A stretch of 62,037 bases of DNA, the filler included, from Perkinsus olseni (lineage: Eukaryota), in assembly GCA_013115125.1 (NCBI GenBank). It is 3 parts of 3 records of this genome, joined end to end, with 100 filler letters (N's around TTAATTAATTAA, not from the genome) between each part and the next. Parts side by side here need not be neighbours in the genome. Positions count along the whole stretch, not along the records: positions 1 to 20,655 come from JABANN010000571.1; positions 20,756 to 41,408 come from JABANN010000572.1; 1 more part is not named here. One strand, 5' to 3'. The first letter of the stretch is position 1. Each line of letters opens with the position of its first letter. Below the pieces are notes generated by a model. It had not been told where the DNA came from and did no database searches. It was given only the letters and a program-made list of their open reading frames with translations. The position numbers were made by a program, and so were the translations under genes. Of the stretch, positions 13,127 to 26,010 are shown in pieces.

Positions 13127-14246
13127 TCATGCTTCCTTCTGATTTTTATCCCATACTTCGCAGTGCTTTCTCTGGCACATAGCGACCCCCAGCGTGAATA
13201 AGTTGACAGCGATCAGCCCTCCGCCAGCGACAAGATGCGACTTGATGTCATCGAGATCGAACGCCACTTGCAAAATCCTCTGCGCGACCTCTGAGGTAGA
13301 GAGAAGAACAACCGCTACATTCTAATCTTCATAACGAGCAGTCTGAGTCGTAGTCGTGACGAATGAATAGAGCGAATACGGGGGAGAGAACCCGAGGCTG
13401 TCCAGATGATCATTCTCGTGACACACTACAGCACATTTATACACAGTTACACCCCTGCGTCGCCAGAGTCATGATCGCATCTTTGACCCGAACCCAGTGT
13501 GGTTCTCCCTGCCCTGAAAGTTACTGAAATAGAGGGTTTGTACGACGGCGTAGCTCGGTAATGTGAACTTCAGGATAGCCTTCAAGCTTCCCTTCGTCAT
13601 ACGATACCTGTGGGGCAAGCAAACCGTGGGAGAAGAAGAACCTGACATGTATTCAACACTAATGAGTCATTAGTAATGACCGACGGAGTGAGTCAAGCAC
13701 GGCGAGTGTTGCGAGACCCTCGACACCGGTCCTAAACTTACGTGAAGCCGTACATATGCCTCAAAGCAACCCAGACGGCCCCGCATGTAGCCGCAAACCC
13801 TGGTAGTCCACAGAGTGCGCAGAGCCACATGCTAAAGAGCATATGGTTACCTACGAGGCTCATGGCTGTACAGCCGCTCACTACGGACACGTCGTTTCTC
13901 CCGCCAAGTCCCGAGAGCCGAACTCGAAGACGCACAGTCGGGGCGCAAGAATCTACCATACTGTTCTCAGCTTGATTCATATGCACCCTCATGGCCCGAC
14001 GCAGTGGATCCGGCGCCCCTTCGGCTCCTTTCGGGAAGCCCCACTTGAAGTAGTTGCCTGATTGAACAAGATGATGAAACATGATGTTACATGGGTCTTA
14101 CGACTGGCACCAACGCAGATAGCGTCAACCATTCCATATTGTATCAGCCATCCGATGGTAACCGCACTGGGAGCCCAGAAAGTTTTGATGAACTCAGTAG
14201 AGAAAGTGTCCAGGTTAAGACGCCCGTTAGCCGCCAGGATAGACAT
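13127..14246 (-). CDS. MAPEG-family membrane protein (microsomal GST-like), copy A
   Basis: Spliced MSILAANGRLNL...GASRNYFKWGFPKGAEGAPDPLRRAMRVHMNQAEN...AATCGAVWVALRHMYGF...WDKNQKEA*. The RxxRxHxNxxE motif and TM spacing are typical of MAPEG. Confidence 0.75.
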
Positions 14247-14969
14247 TGTTGCACAAGCACTATAAAGATGGAGACCAATTGATGTGTTCTCGTACGGCGG
14301 AAAAATCTGCGATCACAGTTTGAATCGGGCGGGGATGGCCGCGCGTCGCACCTCTCGGATGCTGCACATCAGCCAACCGAATGACATTATCATTCACAAC
14401 CCAGAGGCTTCCCTCCAGGGAGTCCGATGGAACTGATGAGGGTTAGAGTCATCATAGACGCCTACGACTTCACGTGGCTGCACGCAGCACGCATGCACAA
14501 AGAGAGGCAACGTCCACTACTGTATGCTCAGTCGCGCACTACAACTCAGTACAGCGTGGAGATATAGGAGAGGGCATAAAGAAGTGTAAATCCAGCTTGC
14601 CGCAGTGACTACGGCGGGATGTGGTGTGGAAGGGCACGGCGCGAAGCCACGGTCAGCAGTGGTTATCGAGGCCTACTCTAAGAGGACTGAGCAGAGGCCC
14701 GAAGCAGAATTGCGCTCATCCACCTTGAAGATAGTCCGTGGACATAAACCCAAATACTGGAGTATAAGTCTGATAGGACCGCGCTGTTGAATTGAGCAGA
14801 TCTTAAACAACACCCCAACATCATTGTACGAAGGAAAAAGATGCTTAAAGCTATCTATGTGCCACTAAGGCACGAGAGAAGTGTTCTCGGGCCTAGTACG
14901 TCGCATACGGCTGTTGAGGAGGATTGCACCTCCGACGTAATCGTGCCGACGTCCAATAAAAAATCCTGT

Positions 14970-16110
14970 TCACTGTTCCTTCTTCTGGCTCTTATCCCAT
15001 ACTCCACAGTGCTTTCTCTGGGATATGGCAGTGCCCAGCATGAGCAGGTAGGCAGTCAGGACCACTCCTCCAGCACCGATGTAGGACTTGAAGTCATCGA
15101 AATTGAACGCAACTTTTAGTATCCTTTGCGCGATCACTGAGAGGTGAAGAAAAAGCGTAATGATGGGCGTGGGTTAATGTACGAGTACGAGTATTTCTTG
15201 TGAGTAAGACACTGAAAATCACCCCCCCCGGAGAATCCAGAAGCGTGGAAATAATGATGGCAATGATTAAGGAGTACCTTCTAAGGGAGATGGTTTTGCG
15301 ATCAGAAGTCCCAGTGGTAAACGACACGGCCCCTTCACAGCCGCACGAGACTTCCACGGCGGTTCAATCAACTGCGGGCCCAAGTCACTCCGCTCCGACC
15401 AGCCCAGTCGTTACTGAAATAAAAAGTCTGCATGATGACGTAACTGGGGACGGTGAACTGCAGAATGCCCTTCAAATTGCCCTTCGTCATACGATACCTG
15501 AGGGACAAGAAATAGTGACAGCAGCCCGGCGCGAGAACACCGCCCATGGCAGGACCATCGGTGATAGTGTCACTTCCATTGGCGATCGTGAAGGGTCATC
15601 CAAAGCGGAGTTGTGGAACTCACTTGAAGCCGTACATACATCTCACCGCGACCCAGAGGGCTCCGAAGGCACCGGCAAACCTCGGCAGCCCACAGAGTGC
15701 GCAGAGCCACATGGTGAAGAGCATGTGATTACCTACATGTCAATAGAGCGCCATGCCCAACTCGCGAAGGCATTTGACGCCGATGAAGGACTCCTTCAGA
15801 AGGAGGCCTATCTTACTGTTCTCAAGTTGATTCATATGCACTCTCATGGCCCGACATAAAGGCTCTGGTGCGCCCTCGGCTCCCTTGGGGAAGCCCCACT
15901 TGAAGTAAGTACCTGGGCGTACGAATTGAACCCCCTTCCCCTTGCCAGAGTCTCATGGGTCTTACGACTGGCACCGATGCAGATGAAGTCTATCATGCCG
16001 TATTGTATCAGCCACGCGACAGTGACCGCAGTGGGAGCCCAGAATGCCTTGATGAACTCGGCAGAGAAAGTGTCCAAGTTCAGATGCCCGTTAGCCGCCA
16101 GGATAGACAT
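14970..16110 (-). CDS. MAPEG-family membrane protein, copy B
   Basis: Tandem paralogue of copy A with matching intron positions; RAMRVHMNQLEN motif; ends WDKSQKKEQ*. Confidence 0.75.
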
Positions 16111-16648
16111 TGTTGCACGATGACTGCAAGGCTGAAGAACTACCATTCGATTCGCTCGTGTTTCAGATGGAAAACGCCGGCGCGACGACGTTACGTTCTC
16201 AGCTACCAACTGGCTTCCCGTAGAATAACTTCGAGTCTAGAGTTAGCCTCCTTTGTCTACGCTAACCCTACAGGAGATAACGTAGACAATACGTCGGTCC
16301 AGCCCTCCCTCTCGGGCGACACGACAGGGCGGTGAACGAAGAGGCCACCGATCGGGGGCCCCTTCAAACCTGCCGTCACACGATCGATGATCCGTTCGTA
16401 TTCATGGGCCGCCAGAGGTGCTGTCTTTGTCCTTCCGTCACACCTTGGCTGAGAGACCATCAGTGACTTGCGGTCCGCCACTTGCGCGCCCCAAACTCAA
16501 CGAATGAGATATATTCCCCTGAGATCTCGTGGATCAACCATGCTCATCAGTACTACACGCAACGATAGACAACTGTTCTTCCCCAGACAGTAGTGGCAAA
16601 AATAGAGGAAGGATGGCGCGAATAACCCCCGTACGGAACTTCATCAGA

Positions 16649-16720
16649 GTCGCTATCGTCTAGTGGTTAGGACGTCACGTTGTGGCCGTGACAACCCCGG
16701 TTCAAATCCGGGTAGCGACT
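16649..16720 (+). tRNA. tRNA-His(GTG) copy 3
   Basis: Identical to copy 1 and runs into a T-tract. Confidence 0.95.
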
Positions 16721-16853
16721 TTTGCTGCGGCCTGCGCGATTGGCGAACCTAAATCCTAGGATACACCAATCTGCCTTGACTACGGCTTGGCTCACACCTA
16801 ATCGTCCCAAACCTAAACTCAACGACCAGTGCGACAGAAACAGCAACCGTAAT

Positions 16854-19776
16854 TCAAGAGAACACCAGTCTCCGCGGGAGTTCTTTCACAGCTCGATTCT
16901 GAGAGAAAACACTCTGCTGAAATCTGCTCAGCCTCGAGAGGGCCCCAAAAATTCACCTCCCGATGAGCCGCCATGTACGCATCGAGGATACCCCCGGGGT
17001 TGGATATCCGATTCTGATCAATGTTAACCTCCTGAAAGACGTGTGACGGAGTGAGTCCGACTATCGAGGTCACCGAGACCAAACATCGATTACAGGACGC
17101 GACCACTGGTCGCCGAGCAGCCACCAGCCGGTCTCACTGCCACACTTACGACGTTCTGCATCATACTCTCCGACAGGAGTATTGCCAGGCGCTGGAAGCC
17201 CCAGTCACATATCCCATTGCACGAAAGATCTACCTGACGGCGATACAGCATAACAGGAGGCTACAACAGTCATCAGTCGAGCTGAGATCTCGCGCATAAG
17301 CCTACTGACACACGAAACGAGTGACCGCGGCAATTGAGAGTACGAAGGAGAAAAAAGATCCCGTGGAAAGAAAGCGAGACAGAATACTCGGATGAAGATT
17401 TTGCACGGACCCCAAGGGCTGATATTGCTCCTCATTTGAGAAGAAGCCGAATCGTTCGATGCTGGACAAACCTTCAGTTTTTGTCTCGGTTGCATCACGG
17501 ACTGCATGTACTCCAACAGATCCGCCAAACCCCTCGTGGAGAGTCGATTGTTCGATAACTGTGGCAATAAAATGGGGTATTGGTGTGCAGAGGAAAGCCT
17601 GCGCCCAGAGACGGTACCCGAACTTCGTCCTCTGGCAAGACTGACGCTTCTAACAGCGCCTCTAGAATGGCGCTCAGCTCTGCGTCGGTGAGGTCGAGAT
17701 TGCTGAGATCCAGTACTCGTATCTAAAAGCGAGAGCCCCATCATTTCTGATGTTGAAACAAGGGAGAGCGTCGCACTGAGAGATCCCCATCAAAGCTCTC
17801 CCCACCTTCCCTAACGGTGCGCGATACCATTCTATTCAACGCCATCTCTCTAGCTTAATCATCTGCGAGGTAAGATTCCACACCATAATCTCCCCGTCTA
17901 TCTGGCGAAGACATGCCCCCGCCAGCCCGTCTCACTTGCACCTCATCCTGCTGCTCACATAAACGTTCAATGGAGCTACATACTTCCTTCAGGGTATCCC
18001 CGATCGTGTCGAAGCCTTCCGGCTTCTCCAGGAAGAGCCGTCCCTCTTCAATTGAAGGCGATAGAACCCGAGAAGACCCACTCCACATTCAACCAAACCA
18101 ACCTGTTCGCATCCCTATGAAAAATACAGCTGACCCTCAGATAGTCTAAATTCGTAAAGAGTAACTCTAGCAGCGCGGAGGCAGACCGTTTGCCGCAGAC
18201 GAAGCCGCCTAGCAGGGAATTCGCGCGCTGCCTCAGATACCTATTCCCTGAGACACGCGTCCCTCGGCATTACCGTGGAACAGTTACTTCCACCATTGAG
18301 AAAAAGAATAGCAACTCATCAACCATTTCCCTACTAGAAACGTTAAAATGGATTGACCAAATGTCTACGGCTAGCTCCAGAGTGACGAGGACACATCGCC
18401 AGTCCCAGCGTCGTGGCAAATTCAATTTTTCACTTTCCTACAGAATCGCTTCAACTTGCTCGAAGCCTCCGATTGACCCTCACTCGGGCCGCCTTCGTCA
18501 GCAAGAGAATCGTGACGGCTCATCGAGTAGACTTTGGAGGGATCCGAAGGCGGAACGATAGCTGAGCAGAAGCGACCAAATGCACGAAAGACAGGGTTGA
18601 TGCCGCTGAGCATTAGTGAGCCCACCTCCGTCACTATGACCAGGAACATCAACCTTCGATCCGAACCAATCGTCCCAAGCATCGTTGCCTTCCACATATT
18701 TCTTCTTAGCTGAAAGGAAGCCATCTCGAGGATCCTTTTCAGAAGGGCCGTCGGTAGCCGGGTTCAACAGAAGTGCTCTGAAAACTGACCTCACCAATAG
18801 TACCTTCGCTATGCTTTCCAAAGTCGCTGTCCTCATCAACGGCAGCAAAACCCGACGCTACACTATCGTAAGAGACTAGATGGCCTCCAGCAGGATAGGA
18901 CTCGTTCAATGTCTGAGATGGAAAATCTCTCCCAGATGCCCTGAGCGGTTCTGTCGACAAAGATCTGACTCGGTGAACTGCGGCGTTTACGGTTGATTCA
19001 TCCAGAAAACAATTCATTCGCTCCCAAAGTTGTCTACTAAAAACTAGCCGCGATGAGAACGTCGAATTACGCGGAATTCGCGCTGAGAGCATTTGGTAAC
19101 TCCCTCACCTCAGGTGCTGAAGGCTGTTTTCGCCCAGAATGGTCCGCCGGGGTAGACCCCTGAGGTACACTCCAAGTGAGTCCATGGCGCCTTGGCGATA
19201 ATAACTACCTCTCCCAACATTTCCTGTAGTAGCGAAGACCACGATGCGCTACTCGAAGTGGGACCTGTTAACAGCACGTGAGTCGCGCAATGGCCCAGAG
19301 GGAACTTACTTGGTGACGACTCATGAGGTGAACGAATAAAAGGCGCCGCACGGGGTGCCTGTGGGGTTTGCGGATCTGAGATTCAACACGTTATGAACTT
19401 GCCACTAATGGTTTCACTATTGGAAGCAGGTCAGACTGTCGTCCAGTTCAACGCGATCTGATCTCGTTCCCTTGGATACTACATCTTCCAGCGGTCGTAG
19501 TCTGCTCGCTCGGCCCGGCCGGTCCTGCTGAGCTGGGCAGTTCGTCGTCTTGGGCCTGTCTAGCGAGGCACTCATCGATGCACGGTTCCAATTCGGCATT
19601 GTTATTGAGCAGAACCTGATCAGCCCGAGAGGTGTCGTACTTCCTTTCTATCGACACTGTCGCTACCTCGTCTATCATCTCGACTTTCATCTCAGGGAAC
19701 ATCTCCTGCAAAGTCTTGAATGCTTCAGCTAGTGGCGAAGCTACCACTTGTACGTACTCAGCGCCGGGAGTGGGCC
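16854..19776 (-). CDS. multi-exon gene(s) with N-terminal CUE domain and C-terminal RNI-like leucine-rich repeats; start and exon set uncertain
   Basis: AFKTLQEMFPEMKVEMIDE|VLLNNNAELEPCIDECL is CUE-like. LSNNRLSTRGLADLL, VDLSCNGICDWGFQRLA and EVNIDQNRISNPGG are LRR-like. The last exon is NRAVKELPRRLVFS*. Confidence 0.55.
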
Positions 19777-20655
19777 TAGTTCAACAGAGAACGAGATCAA
19801 CGCCTTCATGCATGGAGCCAAACAGTGGGGTGAGCGCGTGATTCTATTCCCCGCTTAATAAACGTATTCCGAAACTCAAAACCAATTCTGTAATCTATTC
19901 ATTATCACGTACAATGCGGTTCCAGTGTCGATTGTCGATTTCAAAACTAGTTTAGTAAGCTCTTCCATGTTGTGATATTTCCCAAGCCCCCGGAGGCGTG
20001 AGCCTGCCGAACCTCTTACTCAGTCAAAGGGGCACTATTAGAAGTCGGTGGCGGAGCATCGGCGGCTTTCTTCGACCTTCTGAACTTTCGACTGAGCATC
20101 ATGGATTTAATCCGATAAAAACTGAGGGATTGGGCGCCACGTTACTCCGTTCATATATGCTCTGATAGTGTGCTACTCAGAAGCTTAGGTCTCATCTAAG
20201 CTACGTGGAGAGAAACTGCCCGACTAGGGATAGAACCGAAAGCCTACCGTGTACGAGTCGAGCATAATTTCGATTGGAGCAGTCGAGACGTTGGAAAAGT
20301 TAGGTGAACTGGCTACTCCAAAAGTGAATGACACGTCGCGTTGGTGACACAACCTTTGTGACGCGGACTCGCGATGAGAGAGCAAGTTGACGACTGACTG
20401 CAGGCTCAAACTTTTGGTGATTCACGACTTTGTAAATATCGATTTCGGCCATCTAGTCGTGGATGAGAACCTCAGCAGCAGTTTTGAGTCGGCAGTAGCC
20501 ACTTGAGCGGAATGGGAACCACCGGAGGTAATAATATTCTTTGTGTGGAAGCTCTTGGCTATGTTGCCAATCTGTTGTGTGAGGCTGTGAGAGAACGATA
20601 CTAAAGCAATTGTATTGTGTGCGGTTCTGTCTCTCTGTGTGGCTCTGTCTGCCGT

Positions 20656-20755
20656 NNNNNNNNNNNNNNNNNNNNNNNNNNNNNNNNNNNNNNNNNNNNT
20701 TAATTAATTAANNNNNNNNNNNNNNNNNNNNNNNNNNNNNNNNNNNNNNNNNNNN
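20656..20755. other. assembly gap with TTAATTAATTAA stop-codon linker
   Basis: 100-nt N block with a central six-frame stop linker at 20700-20711. Confidence 0.97.
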
Positions 20756-22146
20756 TGTGCACACAATATAACACAGCATCTCTCCGCGCCGGTTTTAACC
20801 TAGATAAACTACTCGTTTATCCGCTGAAGAGAAAAAACGCGATGTGATATAATTTTGTGGAAGGGTTCATTTTTCAACTTATCTTGGCAAGCGAAGTACC
20901 CTCGCGGGGTATAAGCGAGTGACCGGCGGCTCCATCGACCCTGTTGACTTGTCCCAGTCCGTATCCCTGACCTCATACTGGACGCCGTTCTCACCGTAGT
21001 AAGTCAAGAAGTCACGCCGATCAGTGCTGCCAAACGCGAGCGCTCTTCGATGCTCGGTCACGCACTAGAATCGATCGGCGAGGGACCCCCTTCGGCCGAC
21101 GACGAGGTTGTGAGGACGGTCGTTTTACTGCGAGAGAGCGAACCACTTTCCGATCTTCAAGCTTCGTGTCACACGAATCGTGTGGCTCCAGGAAACCATT
21201 AGAGCTTGGAAGAACCTTGCCGGGCTGAGACAAGTCATAAGATATACAATTGTGATAGATCATCATCTTTGAAACACAGTCTACGAAAGTAACCGAGAAT
21301 AGGGGTAATGAAGACCTTGAGCTCGCTACGTATTACTCAGTACGGCGCGCCATATACAATGATTGAGGTATTGCTTATAGCACGGTGCTATTAGCACCAC
21401 GCTGCCGCTACTACCTGTGTCCGCATTGACGAGGATCCACCGCTGAATGGATCCTGGAGCCGAAGTACTCGCAAATATCAGGCGCTCAGGGATGATCCTT
21501 TGTACGAGGACCAATAGCTCCTTGCAGAGAGTCCGTCTCTAGCCGCTCTTGGATACAGGGCATGCTCATCTGAGAAACTCGTGAAATCAGAAGACTAGTT
21601 TCGGGTACGAACTTCGGCGTTGAAGAATTAGACTATTTTCGACACGCTCATCTCCAAATCCGGTAGCATTAGTGTGCGAGCTGCCTCTATAGCTTGCCGG
21701 ATACACTCGTTCTTCTTTTCCAGATCGTTGCAAATGCGCCGAGGATCAAAAAGGCGAAGCCAAGCTATTCTTTTCACAAAGCGGTGTTTCCTGATGTAGG
21801 AGATAGAGCGACCCGCGCCACTCAGAGGTGCAAGTCCGAATAGCAGCGCTACCTTTTTCGAATCTCTCGTATAGCTTCGCCAAGAATGCTCTCAGTGTGC
21901 AGGAGTTGATCAAAGATACCATCTACTCTGCATACAGCATCGAAGAGAGAATAGTCCGCTGCTTTCAACTCGGAGTCTGCAGCCTCAATTTTGCTGATGA
22001 TGATGTCCAAGGCTTGCTGCATCTCTGAGAGGCAGTCCATACTCAGGGGGCTTTGGGTATCCTTGTGGCCTCGTAGGCGGGTTCCGCTCGTTCGGGATCT
22101 ATACTGAAACGGGAAAGTTGCACTGTCTCAGCCTGGGACATATACG

Positions 22147-22680
22147 ATGACGGGCGAAGCTCTCGATAAACTTGTTGAACTGGGCATCGACCTCGGTCAA
22201 GTTGTCGTTATTTTTGACGGAGCAGCTGCTCATGGAAATTTTCATCAAGTTATTGAGAATAAGGGGCGCCATTCCTCTCAAGTTAGGGCCGTACAGCTCT
22301 GCTTTGAATGCGATCGAGGGAGCCTGGACAGTCATTAAGAGCCAAATTCGGCAAGAGATGGCGGAAAGGGTGCCTGAGTTGGTGGCAGGCCCACCTGGGG
22401 GAGGGATATCTATGGTGAGTCTCTGCGATACGGTAGCTGCTCTTTTGCTCTTCTCACAGTTTCTCACTGTCAGACTCCCACGTGAACATGTGCGATGCTT
22501 CATCTCGTTTTAGGCAGAATTTAGGATGCAAGATATGGCAAGAAGACACCGATATGCCGTAAGTTACGGCCCGTAACTATCCCTACAGCCGGCGGCCTCT
22601 GTGCACATGCGATTGGGATGTATGGAAAACACGTCCGTTGGTACATAGAATTCTGTTTCACACGCTGCATGATACTGCAT
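22147..22680 (+). mobile_element. IS630/Tc1-like DDE_3 transposase fragment (frameshifted)
   Basis: VVVIFDGAAAH is followed, in another frame, by LGPYSSALNAIEGAWTVIKSQIR (PYSPxLNPIExxW motif). Confidence 0.75.
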
Positions 22681-22907
22681 ACATACCATGCCTCGTTGTC
22701 AACCGCTGGTGGCAACCACAACTTGTGGTCCACAAGTCACCAGATGCATGCTAAGAGTTTCTTCTAACATAGTACGTCGCATATCTTGGCGCGGGTGTTC
22801 GCTCGCCCTCCAAAATTGAACTTACTAAACGAGAAATAGACCTTTAAAAGGTGTAGTTAAGTTAACTAAGTTAACCATTACATAATCACCATTAATGACT
22901 TATTCAG

Positions 22908-23492
22908 TTACTCGACTGCCTTCGCAGAAATGATCTTCTCCTGGTCGCAGGCCTTGATGACGGTCACAATGACGGTCTTGCCCTCGTTGAAATCGTTCTG
23001 GATCTGCTGACCAACTTCATCAACACCACTTTCGTTCTTAGGAAGGTCCATATCGTCCTTGGTGGTACCGTCGTCGGTAAGAAGAGAGACGGCGCCGGAT
23101 TCCTCGATGTTCAGCAGCTGGTACTCAGCGCGAACAACATTAGGGGCCTGACGACGAGCACAAGTGGAGACAGATTTTAACGCGTTAATGCTAAGGTTTA
23201 CCTCCATGTTGTGAGAAGTGGGGCAGATATCCTCATACTTCCTTCCCGTAAAGATATCGAGGCCCGTGATGTTAGCCTTAGCGTGTCCGTGTTTGCCGGT
23301 CTTAGAGGTGGAGATGTCCACAATCTTGCATGGCTTACCTGATGGAAAGAGTAAAAACTGATAGTAAAAGAGGGAAGACTTACCCTTGAGCATGACGAAG
23401 CCACCCTTGCGGAGGGTACCGGCCTGCTGAGGGGCAGTATGGGAGGCACCGGCGTCGGCCTGCTCGAAAGTTGGCTCGTCTTCAGAGGACAT
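22908..23492 (-). CDS. eIF5A: eukaryotic translation initiation factor 5A
   Basis: STSKTGKHGHAKA hypusine motif. ATG at 23492; introns at 23339-23383 and 23148-23201. Confidence 0.97.
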   Translation of the reverse strand: MSSEDEPTFEQADAGASHTAPQQAGTLRKGGFVMLKGKSSLFYYQFLLFPSGKPCKIVDISTSKTGKHGHAKANITGLDIFTGRKYEDICPTSHNMEVNLSINALKSVSTCARRQAPNVVRAEYQLLNIEESGAVSLLTDDGTTKDDMDLPKNESGVDEVGQQIQNDFNEGKTVIVTVIKACDQEKIISAKAVE

Positions 23493-24559
23493 ACTTAAGC
23501 GGCAACACGGAGGAAACAGCACACCCTTAAAACGACCATCTAATCCACACACGCCCTCAACCTGACGATAGTCTGTGTACCATGAACGAAGTGGCGAGTC
23601 GCTCCTCCCTTCATAGCGCAAGGCTATTGGGCCTGCAGAAGGCACACCTTGTAATCGATCGCGCTACTCACGAAAGCGCTCGCCACAAAATTACCGAGAT
23701 CATTTCGCTTCATGGGGGGTCGGACTCTGCGACCCACAATCTTGGAAGTGAATTTCACCTTCTTAAAATCCATTCAGACTCGATTCTCTAGTTTCAGAAC
23801 TAGTTTACTGACAGGGTGCCCGTCACAATCTACTCAACGCGATGAAAGGCGCGGACCGTCGACAAATGGCCGCTGTCCCCAGCAGCCCGTAGCAGTTGTT
23901 ATTTTTGCTGAATGGCAGTGGACTTGGACCGAGTCCGCGGTCGTCGACTCTCCTATAACGTGACCATCGTTCCTTTATCGTTGGATGGTAAATCGCAGAC
24001 CGTGCAAGACGTAAGCGCACAGAACCGGGCACGTGGAGCCGACCTCCTCAGCTCCGGGCGTTCATACACTCTTTGCCGTTCGGAACGTCGATATACACGG
24101 CCCGAACGCCGGAAGAATGGGACTACTGTATTTTACGGGAAGAACAGCCCAGGCTGGACACCACCCTGAAGGTTTTCTCACACCTTTACCGGTGCTGTTG
24201 TCGCCGTTTCGCCGACTCGCATGACATCTTGTCAGATCGCGAGAAGGCCTGTCCATCCCCGGGCAGATCAATCGGTTCTTTTACAGTAGCTGCTGCCGAG
24301 CTTACGGACGACTAGTGGGGGAAGATCTCCCTGAGCATCGGGTAAAACGGTGAATCGCCAGCTGCAGAGAAATCTTAGTTCGCGCGTGGATTGGCCTCGA
24401 AAGCCGTTATTCCTCACAACCAATTCGTCGAGGGCGTAATTCGCAAGTTCCATATGTTCGTCGACGATACTCTTATAACGGATACCTGTTATGGGTAATA
24501 AGATTTTGAGACGAGGAAAATTAATAATGTATTGTTCAACATCGGAGATGTTAGTTTTA

Positions 24560-25200
24560 AAGCGTTGAGCAATGGTTACCTGATTGTATTACTTTATATA
24601 CATCTATTTACTATTAATACATTAGTAATCAAACTACAAATTACTAGTTCTAACTAGCCTTCTACAACTACTGTACATAATAATACATAATAGTGATCAT
24701 ACTAACCAATAAATATTATTGCATCATTACATCAGATAATTAAGTATTATTTACTTAATTATTTTTTTTCTATTTACTATAATATCATAGGCTTGAGATG
24801 AATATATCAACCATTCGGGTCTGTAGTACGCCCCATCCATATTTATAAAGACACCTGGTTGATGAAAATAGGATTTAAGATGCATAGACGAGGACTGTTA
24901 ATTTTACGCGAGTGACTGTATCACCATAATACGGTGGAATAAACGTGCGAATTAGTTGTTGTTCTGGTACTGATGATAAGTATCTTATTTTAGACGGCAC
25001 GGCTGGTTGCAGCGCTGAGCGGCGAATGTGGGTATTGCCCATCCCCACTGGCAACAACTTGGCGATGGTTTGATGTCTTCAGGAAGACCGGACTTTATAG
25101 AACTCCTGATGACGGTAGTAAGACGACGGGTTGATGCGATGAGCTCGGGCTCCATCCTGTATTGGGAAGTCTCTGTGAGCTTCGAGTTGAATTTTATCGG
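24560..25200 (-). mobile_element. possible Penelope-like retroelement relic with AT-rich tail
   Basis: RAHRINPSSYYRHQEFYKVRS and FIPPYYGDTV resemble the PLE RT C-terminal RAxRIC...E and LPY motifs. An AT-rich block lies at 24560-24790. Confidence 0.4.
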
Positions 25201-25430
25201 AGTGTAGTCGATAGAATTGATTACACAATCGTTGTTCTGAGCGTAACGAGAAGCAGAATGAATGAACCGTATTGGAGCTTCAATTCTATGCTGTGGGGAA
25301 GTCCCGGCCTACTTCCTCGTGGCCGGTGGTAACAGGCCTCAGCACCAATGCTATCCGCGGGGTGGCAATGACGCCTGACCGCTGGGCGGTCTTTGAGCGA
25401 GAATGAGTAATCGCCAGAATTTATTACACA

Positions 25431-26010
25431 ATGCGTCGTTCCGAATGTAACGATTGTATAATCAGATGTTTCGCGTGTTTGTTGTTGTTGTTATCACTCA
25501 GAACACCCTTCGTACTGCATACAGTCTGAGCAAGAACAGAAGGACACTCGATGGCATCTCGAGGATTACGTCTACAGCCAGAGGAGATTCAGCCAGGAGG
25601 TGATTCTCATCGTTGCGGGACTGATCGGAATTCTCATTCTTCAGCCACCGGAAGTGCGGCAGGCTTATCGTAACTTCGCTAAGGACGTCCTCTGGCGGCG
25701 AAACGACGAGGGTGATCTCAAACGACTGAGCTACGAGTTGGACGAACTGGAGTGGAGAGAGGGTCGTAAATCTGTTGTTTTTGTAATGATCTCGCGTGTT
25801 GTCGGTTTGCCAAGGAGAGCGTCGTGGGCAGGTCCAAGCTGACGCGATGGACTTCCTCTGTGAGAACGCCGGGACGCAAGGCAAAGTCACGACTGAGCAG
25901 AAGTCCGCTCGAAAGTCGGGTATGGTGTGGTATGGAATGACGAGCAAAAATTGTTATTTTTTTCGTAGCTTATCCGCCGGGTAATGCGCTGCTTCTGAGC
26001 AACTTCGCTG
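25431..26010 (+). CDS. hypothetical small multi-exon gene, model uncertain
   Basis: Exon-like segments bounded by GT/AG (e.g. AYRNFAKDVLWRRNDEGDLKRLSYELDELE). No family recognised. Confidence 0.3.

Noticed and set aside
15200-15859. 219-aa plus-strand ORF
   Set aside because: It is antisense to spliced MAPEG copy B and is not preserved in copy A.
20700-20711. TTAATTAATTAA palindrome (also at 41453-41464)
   Set aside because: It is an artificial scaffold linker centred in N runs.
20780-21520. Possible LTR-retrotransposon integrase tail
   Set aside because: Only vague resemblance, and no catalytic motif could be read with confidence.
23493-23645. N-terminal extension of eIF5A in the ORF track
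   Set aside because: It starts at a non-ATG codon, and homology begins at MSSEDEPTFE after a likely acceptor AG.
24560-24790. AT-rich block as a mitochondrial cox/cob insertion
   Set aside because: No cox1, cox3 or cob peptide was recognisable in the frames translated. It was left as an alternative only.
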